Source of the DNA: an uncultured Solirubrobacterales bacterium
Lineage (GTDB): Bacteria; Actinomycetota; Thermoleophilia; Solirubrobacterales; Solirubrobacteraceae
Direction: 5' to 3'
DNA length: 64,000 nt
NCBI GenBank assembly: GCA_963815565.1
Contig: CAWFHB010000003.1
Location: forward strand, 470,329 to 534,328
The notes under the pieces are model-generated. The model was not told where the DNA came from. It did no database searches and saw only the letters and a list, made by a program, of their open reading frames with translations. Each line of letters begins with the position of its first letter. Position 1 is the stretch's first letter. A program made the translations under genes and the position numbers. Positions 11,601-20,806 of this stretch are shown here, in pieces.

Positions 11601-12098
11601 GTGCTTCCTCCCGCGCTGACCGAGCCCGCGTTCACGATCGCGGAGCGCCTGGTCGCGCGCAGCGAGACGGTCGCGGTCGCCGAGTCCTCGGCCGGCGGGC
11701 TCATCGCCGCCGCGCTGCTCGCGGTCCCCGGGGCGTCCGCCTACTTTCGGGGCGGCGTCGTCTTCTACACGCACGACGGTGTCCGCACGATGCTCGGCGA
11801 CGCCTTCACGGAGGACCCCGGTCGGCGCAGCTCGATCGAGCCGTTCGCCCGTGCGCTGGCGGGCGCGGCGGCCGCGAAGCTCGACGCCGACTGGGGCATC
11901 GGCGAGACCGGCGCCGCCGGCCCGAGCGGCAACCCCTACGGCGACCCGGCGGGCCACGCCTGGGTCGCGGTGAGCGGGCCGTCGCCGGCGACCGAGCACG
12001 TCCTCACGGCCGCTGTGGACCGCCCGGCGAACATGGAGGCCTTCGCCGCTTCCGCGCTCCGCCTGCTCGCGGCCGCGCTCGCGAAAGTCCACCAATAG
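11601..12098 (+). CDS. CinA C-terminal / NMN deamidase (PncC-like)
   Basis: VAVAESSAGGLI, PGASAYFRGGVVFY, GETGAAGP; TAGGCT 7 nt upstream of GTG. Confidence 0.88.
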   Translation: MLPPALTEPAFTIAERLVARSETVAVAESSAGGLIAAALLAVPGASAYFRGGVVFYTHDGVRTMLGDAFTEDPGRRSSIEPFARALAGAAAAKLDADWGIGETGAAGPSGNPYGDPAGHAWVAVSGPSPATEHVLTAAVDRPANMEAFAASALRLLAAALAKVHQ

Positions 12099-12121
12099 GT
12101 ATCGGCAAGCGCGACCGCGGC

Positions 12122-12144
12122 TTTTACTTTTCCTTCTGGTAAAA
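12122..12144. promoter_or_regulatory. AT-rich inverted repeat upstream of the glycine-rich gene (candidate operator)
   Basis: TTTTAC-N11-GTAAAA in a conspicuously AT-rich stretch 7 nt before ATG 12152. Confidence 0.35.
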
Positions 12145-12151
12145 CGGAGCG

Positions 12152-13939
12152 ATGCGCAGTCACGTTGCCGTTGCCCTCGCCGTCTGTTCGATCCTGCCTG
12201 CGACTGCCGACGCGGCCGAGCCGCGGACGGTGACCTACCTCTTCACGGGCGCACCGCAGGAGTGGGTCGTCCCGCAGGGCGTCACGAGCGCATCGTTCGA
12301 TCTCGTCGGCGGGCGGGGCGGCGACGGGTCCGGGCCGTCCTTCACGCCATTCGCCCTCGGAGGGGCCCCGGCACGGAGCCGCGCCGTGTCGACCGTCGTC
12401 CCCGGCGCACGGCTCCAAGTTCGCGTGGGAGGTCGAGGCGGCTTCCAGGACGGACGGCGCGGCTCCTCGGCGGGGGGCTTCAACGGCGGCGGCGGGGTCG
12501 GTCTCTTCGGGAACATCGCTCCTATCGGCGGAGGTGGCGGCGGCGCGTCCGACGCGCGCTCGGAGCCCTACGACCTCATGGACCGGCTCGTCATCGCCGG
12601 TGGTGGTGGCGGCGGCGGCGGGAACGGAGCGGCCGGTCCGGGCGGGGCCGAAGGTCCCTCCGGCGGCGCCGGCGGAAGCGCCGTGGGAGCCGGTGCCGAA
12701 CGTGGAAGCAACGGGCTCGGTCTCGGCGGCAACCCTGGATCGGCCGGCACGGACGTCGCTGGCGGCACCGGGGGAACGGACGGAAACGGGGGAAGGGTCC
12801 CCGCGGACGCGAACGGTTCGCTCGGACGCGGCGGTGTTCCTTCTACCCCGACCCGCGGCTCCGCCGGCCGCGGAGGCGGCGGCGGTGGCGGCCTATACGG
12901 CGGCGGCGCGGGCGGGGCGGGGAGCGTTCCACCGCAGGAGGACGACGGGAGCGGGGCCGGCGGCGGTGGAGCGGGCTCGTCGCTGGCGTCAGGCGGGACC
13001 GTGACTACGGCGAGCAGAGACACGGCCGCCTCGGTGTCGATCACCTATGTCCCCGGGCCGCCGGTCGTGAGCGTGTCCACACCCACCGAAGGGGAGGTCG
13101 TGGCCTTCGGGGCGGCGACCAGCGCCGCGTTCGCCTGCTCGGACGAGCCCGGCGGTGGACCCGGCATCGCCACGTGCACGGACGCCGACGGGCGGTCCTC
13201 CGGTCAGCCGCTGGACACCATCACGCCCGGGGAGCGCACACTTGAGGTGACCGCACGGACCGCCGACGGGCGAACCGCGACGGTGAGGCGCCGCTACGTC
13301 GTCGGCCCCCCACCGGCCGCCGACCCGCCCCCGGGTCCGTCGGGGCCGCCGGCCGCCCTGCCCCTCCCCCCCGCCCCCGCGGCGCCGGGCCCGGCGTTGC
13401 CGCTCGCGCTCTGCGGCGGGGTCCGCATCTCGCTGGTGGACCTGACCAGAAGCGGCGGGCGCGTCCGCGTTGCCGGCATCGCCGAGGCGCGCTTCGCCGG
13501 CAGGACGGTGACCCTCCGGCCCGACCGGGGACCGTCGACGCGCGTTCGCGTGGCCGCCGACGGGGCGTTCAGCGCGAGCGTCCGCGCTCCGCGCGCTCGA
13601 TCGTTCCAAGCCTCGCTCGGCAGTGCGCTGCGCTCGGCGTCCTTCCGCGTGGAGCGCCGCCTGACCGTGCTCGCCCGACGCACCGGTCCCGAGACGACAC
13701 GGGTGACCTTCCGGCTGGCACTGCGCAGCGGGCAACGCGCCTTCACGGCCGACGTGCTGCGCCAGACCTCCTGCACCAAGCGCACCCGCGCCGGACGCGT
13801 GAACTTGGACCGGACCGGACGAGGGACGATCACCCTCCCCAACCCGGTCGGCAGCGATCCCGTCGCCCTCTATCGGGTCGTCGCACGGTTGAAGAGCGGA
13901 AAGGCCTACTCGGTCCCGATCGCCGTTCTCGCGCGGTAG
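12152..13939 (+). CDS. Secreted glycine-rich protein (ALK/LTK-type Gly-rich domain, Ig-like domain, Pro linker, Arg-rich C-terminal domain)
   Basis: Signal peptide; YLFTGAPQEWVVPQGV...GGRGG start of the Gly-rich domain; RLVIAGGGGGGG; FACSDE...GIATC...LDT Ig-like module. Confidence 0.75.
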   Translation: MRSHVAVALAVCSILPATADAAEPRTVTYLFTGAPQEWVVPQGVTSASFDLVGGRGGDGSGPSFTPFALGGAPARSRAVSTVVPGARLQVRVGGRGGFQDGRRGSSAGGFNGGGGVGLFGNIAPIGGGGGGASDARSEPYDLMDRLVIAGGGGGGGGNGAAGPGGAEGPSGGAGGSAVGAGAERGSNGLGLGGNPGSAGTDVAGGTGGTDGNGGRVPADANGSLGRGGVPSTPTRGSAGRGGGGGGGLYGGGAGGAGSVPPQEDDGSGAGGGGAGSSLASGGTVTTASRDTAASVSITYVPGPPVVSVSTPTEGEVVAFGAATSAAFACSDEPGGGPGIATCTDADGRSSGQPLDTITPGERTLEVTARTADGRTATVRRRYVVGPPPAADPPPGPSGPPAALPLPPAPAAPGPALPLALCGGVRISLVDLTRSGGRVRVAGIAEARFAGRTVTLRPDRGPSTRVRVAADGAFSASVRAPRARSFQASLGSALRSASFRVERRLTVLARRTGPETTRVTFRLALRSGQRAFTADVLRQTSCTKRTRAGRVNLDRTGRGTITLPNPVGSDPVALYRVVARLKSGKAYSVPIAVLAR

Positions 13940-13943
13940 GGCC

Positions 13944-14138
13944 TCAGCCCGCGTGGTTCGGGTTGAACGGAAGGGTTCGCACGTCCTCGCGCGGCGGCTC
14001 GGCCGCCCCGCGCTCCTCGGTGGCGAGGGGCTTGACCTCCTCGGGAAGCCCGGGCACCTTCAGCGCGATGCGCCGCCCGTCCTTCATCGTCAGCAGCGGT
14101 GGCTTGCGCTTCTGCGGCTCGCCGGGGATCGCGCTCAT
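13944..14138 (-). CDS. Small hypothetical protein, 64 aa
   Basis: Fills the gap between convergent and divergent genes; TAGCCT (14150-14145) exactly 6 nt upstream of ATG. Confidence 0.6.
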   Translation of the reverse strand: MSAIPGEPQKRKPPLLTMKDGRRIALKVPGLPEEVKPLATEERGAAEPPREDVRTLPFNPNHAG

Positions 14139-14194
14139 GAAAGAAGGCTACCGGGGCCGCCCCGGGGCTTCTGACATTCGGGTCCTGCGCCCTG

Positions 14195-15871
14195 TTGCTG
14201 CCGATGCGCGAAGCTTCCGGCGTGACCACCCACCCCGACGGAACCGCCCCTGACGTCGACTGGGTGGTGATCGGCTCGGGCTTCGGCGGGAGCGTCAGCG
14301 CCCTGCGGCTCGCCGAGAAGGGCTACTCCGTGCTCGTGCTCGAGCAGGGGCGACGTTGGCGCGACGAGGATTTTGCAAAGGACGGGTGGGAGACCGCGAA
14401 GACCCAGTGGCTGCCGCGGCTCGGGCTGCGAGGGATCATGAAGATCACCCCGTTCCGGCACGTGAACGTGCTGAGCGGCGTGGGTGTGGGCGGTGGCTCG
14501 CTCACCTGGGCGAACACCTCCTACGTCCCGCACGCCGAGGCGTTCTACCGCCACCCGCAATGGGCGGCGATGGGCGACTGGCGAACGGTGCTCGCGCCGC
14601 ACTTCGCGACCGCGCAGCGCATGCTCGGGGTGGTCGAGCCTTTCTTCGACGGTCCGAGCGAACGGCTCATGGCCGCGCTCGCGGACGACCTCGGTGTGCC
14701 GGGCGCCTATCGCACCGCGCCCGTGGCGGTCTTCATGGGCGAGCCCGGCGTCGAGGTCGAGGACCCGTTCTTCGGCGGTGAGGGGCCACGGCGCTCGGGC
14801 TGCATCGGGTGCGGGCAGTGCGTGCTCGGCTGTCGGCACAACGCGAAGAACACGCTCGAGAAGAACTACCTGTGGCTCGCCGAGCGCCGCGGGGTCCGCA
14901 TCGAGGCCGGGCGGCGGGTGCTCGACGTGCGTCCCGCGGGGGCCACGGACGGCTCGGACGGCTTCCTGGTCGAGCACGTTGCGACGTCGCCCGCGCGCCG
15001 CTCCGACCGCCAGGTGCTCCGTGCCGGTGGTGTCGTCGTGGCCGGCGGGACGCTCGGGACCAACGAGCTGCTGCTGCGCTGCCGCTCCCGCGGCTCGCTC
15101 CCCCGGCTCTCGCCGCGGCTCGGTCACCTCGTACGGACCAACAGCGAGACCATCACGGCGACGACCGCGCTCGCGCCGGAGGCCGACTACACGAGCGAGG
15201 TGACGATCACCGCCTCGATCTACCCCGACGAGCACACGCACATCACGAACAACACCTACGGCGCGGGCGGCGACGCGAGCGCCGGACTGTTCGTTCCGAT
15301 GGTCGGCGGCGGCTCGCGGCCGGCGCGGCTGCGGAAGCTGGCGGGAGCGCTCATGCGGCGCCCCCGGACGGCGGCCCGCTCGCTGAACCCGTCCGGCTGG
15401 TCCCGGCGCACGGTGATCTTCACGACGATGCAGAGCGTCGACTCCTCGCTGCGCCTCGTCCTGCGCCGCCGGCGCCTCGGCCGGGGCACGGTGATGGACA
15501 CCGCACACGGCGAGGGCACCCCGCCGAGCGACTTCCTGCCGGTCGCCAACCGGGTTGCGGCGCTCGCGGCACGGCGCATCGGCGGCTACGCCCAGAGCAC
15601 CATCCTCGACGTCGGCCGCGGCGTGCCCACGACCGCCCACTTCCTAGGGGGCGCGGTGATCGGGGAGAGTGCCGCGACCGGCGTCGTCGACTCGGCACAG
15701 CGCGCCTACGGCTATGAGAACCTCGTGATCTGCGACGGGGCGGCGATGCCGGCCAACCCGGGCGTCAACCCCTCGCTGACGATCACGGCGCTGGCCGAGC
15801 ACGCGATGAGCCAGGTGCCCGAGCGGGCTCCCTCCGGGCCTCCGTCGGAATGCTGGTCAGACAATCGTTAG
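14195..15871 (+). CDS. GMC oxidoreductase, cholesterol oxidase ChoD-like
   Basis: VVIGSGFGGSVSALRLAEKGY, GVGGGSL, CIGCGQCVLGCRHNAKNTL, TTAHFLGGAVIG, PANPGVNPSLTITALAE; true start may be a few codons downstream. Confidence 0.9.
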   Translation: MLPMREASGVTTHPDGTAPDVDWVVIGSGFGGSVSALRLAEKGYSVLVLEQGRRWRDEDFAKDGWETAKTQWLPRLGLRGIMKITPFRHVNVLSGVGVGGGSLTWANTSYVPHAEAFYRHPQWAAMGDWRTVLAPHFATAQRMLGVVEPFFDGPSERLMAALADDLGVPGAYRTAPVAVFMGEPGVEVEDPFFGGEGPRRSGCIGCGQCVLGCRHNAKNTLEKNYLWLAERRGVRIEAGRRVLDVRPAGATDGSDGFLVEHVATSPARRSDRQVLRAGGVVVAGGTLGTNELLLRCRSRGSLPRLSPRLGHLVRTNSETITATTALAPEADYTSEVTITASIYPDEHTHITNNTYGAGGDASAGLFVPMVGGGSRPARLRKLAGALMRRPRTAARSLNPSGWSRRTVIFTTMQSVDSSLRLVLRRRRLGRGTVMDTAHGEGTPPSDFLPVANRVAALAARRIGGYAQSTILDVGRGVPTTAHFLGGAVIGESAATGVVDSAQRAYGYENLVICDGAAMPANPGVNPSLTITALAEHAMSQVPERAPSGPPSECWSDNR

Positions 15872-15874
15872 CGT
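15854..15874 (+). promoter_or_regulatory. FadR/GntR-type operator and leaderless -10
   Basis: TGGTCAGACAA (one mismatch from TGGTC-N-GACCA palindrome) at 15854-15864; TAGCGT at 15869-15874, 6 nt before GTG 15881. Confidence 0.55.
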
Positions 15875-15880
15875 GACACT

Positions 15881-16018
15881 GTGTTCCTTCGCCCGGTGAC
15901 GAGGCGCCGCGCCCATCCGGAGGCTGCCGATCTGCTGGCGCCGCCCGATGACGCCGCGGCCGCGCACCGGATGCCCGGCGAGCACATCGCCCGCTCCTAC
16001 CGGCGCGCCGACCGATGA
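15881..16018 (+). pseudogene. Internally deleted GntR/FadR regulator remnant (45 aa)
   Basis: VFLRPVTRRRAH resembles a FadR N-terminus, joined to DAAAAHRMPGEHIARSYRR resembling an FCD C-terminal helix; ATGA overlap with the next ORF. Confidence 0.5.
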
Positions 16019-16299
16019 TCGCCGGGCTCGAGGGTCTCATCACCGACGCCGACGTCCTCGCGTCCTACCGGCACGACCAGGCGCCGGCGGGGCTCGTCCC
16101 GGCCGGGACCCCCGCGGCGCTCGCACGGCCGACCTCCACGGCGGAGGTCGCCGCCGCCGTGCGCTTCGCGGCCGAGCGTGGCATGCCGATCGTCCCGCGC
16201 GGTGCCAGCTCGGGGCTCAGCGGCGGCGCGAACGCCGTCGACGGCTGCCTGGTCGTCTCGCTGGAGTCGATGACGCGCATCATCGAGCTCGATGCATGA
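16015..16299 (+). pseudogene. FAD-linked oxidase (GlcD/D-lactate dehydrogenase-like) N-terminal fragment, 94 aa
   Basis: LARPTSTAEVAAAVRFAAERGMPIVPRGASSGLSGGA...VVSLESMTRIIELD, then stop; full-length family members are much longer. Confidence 0.85.
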
Positions 16300-16540
16300 G
16301 CCTCACCCTCGTCCACACCTGCGTGCGCGTCCGCGACCCGCAGGCGTCCGTCCGCTTCTACACCGCGCTCGGCTTCGAGCTGCGCGGGCAGCTGAACTTC
16401 GACGCCGCCTACAACGTGTACATGGGGCTGCCCGGCGAGGGCGACCAGCTCGAGCTGACCGTGAACGTCGGCCGAGAAGAGGCCTACGACCTCGGCGACG
16501 GCTACAACCACATCGCGCTCACCGTCGAGGACATCGACGG
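16296..16540 (+). pseudogene. VOC/lactoylglutathione lyase-like protein, C-terminally truncated
   Basis: MSLTLVHTCVRVRD...SVRFY...LELTVN...YDLGDGYNHIALTVEDID; the final DPDGYxIE strand is absent and the frame runs on into unrelated sequence. Confidence 0.8.
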
Positions 16541-16665
16541 CGGTGCGTTCCCCACGCCGCAGGACGGGCCGCACCCCTCCACCACCTGGAGACCATGCCG
16601 TCGCTCACCTGACCCCGGGCCGCCGGGGCGACCACCGACCTCCCCATCCCCCAGGAGCACACCCG

Positions 16666-18159
16666 ATGAGCACGTCCCCCCGCCTTCTCGAAAACTACAT
16701 CGGCGGGCAGTTCGTCCCGTCGCTGGCCGACGAACGCCAAGAGGTGACCAACCCGGCCACCGGGCAGACGCTCGCGCTCGTGCCGATGGGCGGCGCCGCC
16801 GACGTCGACGCGGCGGTGATCGCCGCGCGCGCCGCGCTGCCCGTCTGGCGTGCGGTCAGCGTCATCGAGCGGGCACGGCGCATGTTCACCCTGCGCGAAG
16901 GGCTCGTCGCCCGTCGGGAGGTCCTCGCCGCGGCGGTCACCGCCGAGATGGGCAAGACCCTCACCGACTCGCGCGCCGAGGTCGGCCGCGCGATCGAGAT
17001 GGTCGAGGCGGCCTGCGCGGTCCCGACCACCATGCAGGGCCGGATCCTCGAGGACGTCTCGCGCGGGATCGACGCCGAGACGATCCGCCAGCCCGTCGGC
17101 GTGTGCGCGGCGATCGCCCCGTTCAACTTCCCGGCGATGGTGCCGTTCTGGTTCCTCCCGTTCGCGATCGCCTGTGGCAACACGTTCATCCTCAAGCCGT
17201 CCGAGCAGGTCCCGATGACCCAGGGACTCGTCTTCGAGCTGCTGGACGAGCTGGAGCTCCCCCCGGGCGTGGTCAACCTCGTCCACGGTGGCCGGGACGT
17301 CGTCGAGGCGCTCCTCGACCATCCCGGCATCAACGCGATCTCGTTCGTCGGCTCGGCGGAGGTCGCCAAGGTCGTCTACGAGCGGGCCGCGCGCGCGGGT
17401 AAGCGTGTCCAGGCCCTCGGCGGGGCGAAGAACCACATGGTGGTGATGCCGGACGCGGTCATGGAGAAGACCGTGGAGGGGCTCATCGGCTCCGCCTTCG
17501 GGGCGGCCGGCCAGCGCTGCATGGCCGGCTCGGTGGTCGTCACCGTCGGCGCGGCGCGCGAGCGGCTCATGCCGGGCCTGATCGCCGCGGCCGCAGCGCT
17601 CAGCGTCGGGGACGGCGCCGACGAGTCCACCGACGTGGGTCCCGTGGTCACCTTCGCGGCCCGCGACCGGATCGTCGCTTGTATCGAGCGGGCCGTGGCC
17701 GAGGGCGCCGTCCTCGAGCTCGACGGGCGCGGGGCCGGTGATCAGGCCGACGGCGCGTTCGTGGGTCCCACGATCCTGAGCGGCGCGGCCCCGGAGATGC
17801 AGGTCGTCCAGGAGGAGGTCTTCGGGCCCGTGCTGACCGTCGTTCACGCCGAGACGCTCGAGGAGGCGATCGGGGTCGTGAACGCCAGCCGCTTCGGCAA
17901 CGGCACCTCCATCTTCACCGAGAACGGCGCCGCCGTCCGCCGCTACCGGCACGACGTCGAGGCCGGGATGGTCGGCGTGAACATCGGCGTCGCCGCTCCC
18001 GTGGCGTTCTTCCCGTTCTCCGGGTGGAAGGACTCGTTCCTCGGCGACCTGCACGCCCACGGGCCGGACGCGGTCGACTTCTTCACCCGGAAGAAGACCA
18101 TCACGAGCCGGTTCTTCTCCGACGGGCAGGCCAGCGGCAGCTACTTCGTAGAGCGCTGA
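16666..18159 (+). CDS. mmsA: CoA-acylating methylmalonate-semialdehyde dehydrogenase
   Basis: IAPFNFPAMVPFW, LKPSEQVP, GGAKNHMVVMPDA, AFGAAGQRCMA, EEVFGPV, FPFSGWKDSFLGDLH; AGGAG RBS. Confidence 0.93.
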   Translation: MSTSPRLLENYIGGQFVPSLADERQEVTNPATGQTLALVPMGGAADVDAAVIAARAALPVWRAVSVIERARRMFTLREGLVARREVLAAAVTAEMGKTLTDSRAEVGRAIEMVEAACAVPTTMQGRILEDVSRGIDAETIRQPVGVCAAIAPFNFPAMVPFWFLPFAIACGNTFILKPSEQVPMTQGLVFELLDELELPPGVVNLVHGGRDVVEALLDHPGINAISFVGSAEVAKVVYERAARAGKRVQALGGAKNHMVVMPDAVMEKTVEGLIGSAFGAAGQRCMAGSVVVTVGAARERLMPGLIAAAAALSVGDGADESTDVGPVVTFAARDRIVACIERAVAEGAVLELDGRGAGDQADGAFVGPTILSGAAPEMQVVQEEVFGPVLTVVHAETLEEAIGVVNASRFGNGTSIFTENGAAVRRYRHDVEAGMVGVNIGVAAPVAFFPFSGWKDSFLGDLHAHGPDAVDFFTRKKTITSRFFSDGQASGSYFVER

Positions 18160-18390
18160 TGCCCGACGCGGATGGCTGGACCGCCGCCCGGGCGCGGGCC
18201 GTCCCCCGCGACGAACCTGGGGCATGCCCGCGAAGCGACGTCCGCGCACCGCCAAGCCGTTCCTCATGCCCTGGGGACGACCTCACCGGGCTGGCGGCGC
18301 GTGGGGCTGCCCGGTGCGGGCGTGACCTCGCCGCCTGCCGAACGCGTACCCCCTGCACCTCCTCGACATAAGAAACGTGAGTACCCCTCC

Positions 18391-18567
18391 ATGCAGCAGC
18401 GCCAGCTCGGCCGTCTCCTCTTCTTGGGTGGAGCCTTCATCGGCTTCGTCCTCTCCGTCAGCCTGTGGTTCGCAGGCAACCACGAGGAGGGCATCTTCGT
18501 CGGGATCTGGGTCCCGTCGATCCTCGCCCTCGGCTCGTTCTGGTTCCTGACCCTCGAAAGGCAGTGA
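18391..18567 (+). CDS. Small 2-TM membrane protein, 58 aa
   Basis: MQQRQLGRLLFLGGAFIGFVLSVSLWFAGNHEEGIFVGIWVPSILALGSFWFLTLERQ; normal GC3-rich codon usage. Confidence 0.75.
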   Translation: MQQRQLGRLLFLGGAFIGFVLSVSLWFAGNHEEGIFVGIWVPSILALGSFWFLTLERQ

Positions 18568-18568
18568 G

Positions 18569-18709
18569 ATGGAAATCCTGATCGCCGTAATCGGCATCCT
18601 GGTCACCGCCATGGTGATCGCCGGCATGGTGCTCATGACACCGGGCAACATCGAGGCCGCCCCGAAACGTCCTCCCGTCCCTGTGGGCGACGGGCCGACG
18701 ACGGGCTGA
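18569..18709 (+). CDS. Small single-TM protein, 46 aa
   Basis: MEILIAVIGILVTAMVIAGMVLMTPGNIEAAPKRPPVPVGDGPTTG; starts 1 nt after the previous stop; below the ORF-track cutoff. Confidence 0.7.
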   Translation: MEILIAVIGILVTAMVIAGMVLMTPGNIEAAPKRPPVPVGDGPTTG

Positions 18710-18806
18710 GCACCTCGGTGAGGCGGCGTGGGCGCGGAGCCCCAGCGTCCGCGCTTGGCTCGCCTTTGCGGATATCGCCGGTGAACGCATGCCGGTGCAC
18801 TCGTGC

Positions 18807-19073
18807 TCAGGCGAGCGCGGCCGCCGTACGAATGAGCAGGACGGTGTGCCCCACGAGCTCCTCGAGGTCGACCGTGTCGCGCCACCCGCCGGTCTCCATG
18901 AGGAGCTCCGCGAACCCGCCCGAGAGCATCGCCGCGCTCAGCTCGAGCGAGCGGACGTCGGCTCGCTCGGGCGCCGGGTGGAAAGCGCGCATCAGCCGGG
19001 CACCGAGGGCTGCGAAGGCCCCGAGCAGTTCGGCACGGTTGTGACGTAGGTCGGCGGTTGCGAACGACTCCAC
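18807..19073 (-). pseudogene. TetR-family regulator C-terminal fragment (no HTH)
   Basis: All-helical ...LELSAAMLSGGFAELLMETG...VDLEELVGHTVLLI typical of TetR ligand-domain ends; no HTH or promoter upstream. Confidence 0.55.
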
Positions 19074-19084
19074 GAGCAGGACAC

Positions 19085-19300
19085 GCCTGCCGTTCCCGGC
19101 GCCGCGTGGTGATCCACGTCCGCGGGTTGCGCCGCGCGACCGTCGTCGTCGCCGGTCGGCGCGTCCGGATCCGCCGCGGTCGCGCGATCGTCGACCTCCG
19201 CGGCCGGGGCACCGGTCGCGCCGTCGTGAAGACCAGCGGCCTCACCGCGAAGGGACGCCGGGTGAAGCGGGTGCAGACCTTCAACCCTTGCCGGCGCTGA
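19085..19300 (+). pseudogene. C-terminal Arg-rich domain fragment of a secreted protein
   Basis: ACRSRRRVVIHVRG...AIVDLRGRGTGRAVVKTSGLTAKGRRVKRVQTFNPCRR; no signal peptide or catalytic domain. Confidence 0.6.
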
Positions 19301-19429
19301 GCGCGCCGGCTCCCGGTTCGAGGAGGCCCGCACCCTCGAATCACGCGCCCGACGCTTCGACGTTCCAGAATCCGGCATTACCGCGCGATATCGGTTGTAG
19401 GCCCTCGGAGCGAGGGTGTACGTCCGCAC

Positions 19430-19804
19430 ATGAAACCCCTCGGACTCTCCGCCTGCGCCCTCGCCGGGCTCTTCGCTGCTCTGCCGACACCCTCCAGCGC
19501 TTCAACCGCGAAGGCCCTTCGCTCGTGTTCGGTGGCCGGTGCGCGAGTCGTCCACCACGCCGACGGCGTGACGTCGAGCGTGAGGGTCATCAAGCTGCGC
19601 CAGCGCGGTACGTCCTGCGCCACCGCCCGCAGCGTGGCCATGCGTACTGCCCGCGCGTTGCTGAACGACACCGCGGTCCCGACGACGATCAAGGGAATGC
19701 GGGTGACGGTCACACGCCCTTGCGCGGGCTGCACCCCGATCTACACCGGGGTTGCTCGCTCCAGCGGACGTCGGGTGACGTTCACCATGAAGGGCGGCGC
19801 CTGA
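19430..19804 (+). CDS. Small secreted protein with 4 non-signal Cys
   Basis: Signal peptide MKPLGLSACALAGLFAALPTPSSA; RSC, GTSCATAR and PCAGC motifs. Confidence 0.7.
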   Translation: MKPLGLSACALAGLFAALPTPSSASTAKALRSCSVAGARVVHHADGVTSSVRVIKLRQRGTSCATARSVAMRTARALLNDTAVPTTIKGMRVTVTRPCAGCTPIYTGVARSSGRRVTFTMKGGA

Positions 19805-19835
19805 GCGGCAAAGCGCTGCTTTACCCCCCTGGGGT

Positions 19836-20758
19836 CTACCCCACGATCGGGAGTGAGCGCTGGTTCGACAGTCGGGTGAGCGTGCGTTGCATGCGGCTGG
19901 TGACGATCTTGTAGCCCTCTTCGACGTCGCCGTTCTTCCCGAGCTTCGCGCGCAGGTCGATCGGCGGCATCACCCTGATCGAGATCTTCGCGGGCAGCGG
20001 AATACGCCCGGGGAAGTCGAGCAGCGTCGCGCCGAAGGGCGGCCCGAGGACCGGCGGGATCACCTTCAGCCGGGCGATCTTGTCGAGCGACAGCGCCTTC
20101 GCGACGCGCCGGCCTCGACCGAGGAAGAGCGCGGTCTCCTGGCCACCGGTCGCCACGATCGGAACGATCGGGACGCCGTGTTCCAGCGCGAGTTTCACGA
20201 AGCCCGTTCGGCCGGCGAAGTCGATCCGACCGGTCTCCCATGAGGGTCGGAAGCTCTCCTCGTCACCGCCGGGGTAGACCAGCAGCGCGGCACCACGCTC
20301 GAGCGCGGTCGCCATGTTCGCCGGTGACGCCGGCACGGTTCCGTACTTCTGCACGAGCGTCCTGGGCCCTTGAAGACAAGGTCGTGGGCGAGCTGATGGA
20401 AGAGGCGGTCGGCCCCGAAGTGGTCGTAGAACGCTTGGGCGAAGACGAACGTGTCGGCGATCATCGTTCCGCCGGAGTGGTTGCCCACGAGCAGCACGGG
20501 CCCTTCCGCGGCGATGCGCTCCATGCCGGACACGTCGGCGCGGAAGTAGGCCTGGCTCATGGTGCGCAGCGTCGACAGCGTTGCGCGGATGTAGTCCGGG
20601 TCGCGCGCCTCGAACGGATCGTCCGGCATCGCCGCGGCGGGCGTGACGTTCAGCAGGTCGAGCGCCGCGACGGTGTCGCGTGCGACAGCCTCGACCATGC
20701 GCAATGCGCCGCGTGCGGCGGCGGACAGATCGGCGGGGCGAGTCTCGGACTCAGACAT
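19836..20758 (-). CDS. Lysophospholipid/glycerol acyltransferase family protein, one frameshift near 20365
   Basis: LLVGNHSGG...LAHDLVF in ORF 20195-20797, continuing as QKYGTVPAS...LVYPGGDEE...FAGRTGFVKLAL in ORF 19836-20354. Confidence 0.85.
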
Positions 20759-20806
20759 GGCTCGCCGCCTCCATGGTTGAGCGCGTGAACGGAACACCCC
20801 GACGTC

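Noticed and set aside
12450-13000. GGC-rich tandem repeats as a DNA repeat element
   Set aside because: Explained by poly-glycine coding in the Gly-rich protein
18159-18371. 70-aa ORF starting in the mmsA stop codon (TGATG)
   Set aside because: The coupling is suggestive of another remnant, but the translation has no recognisable motif; too weak to call
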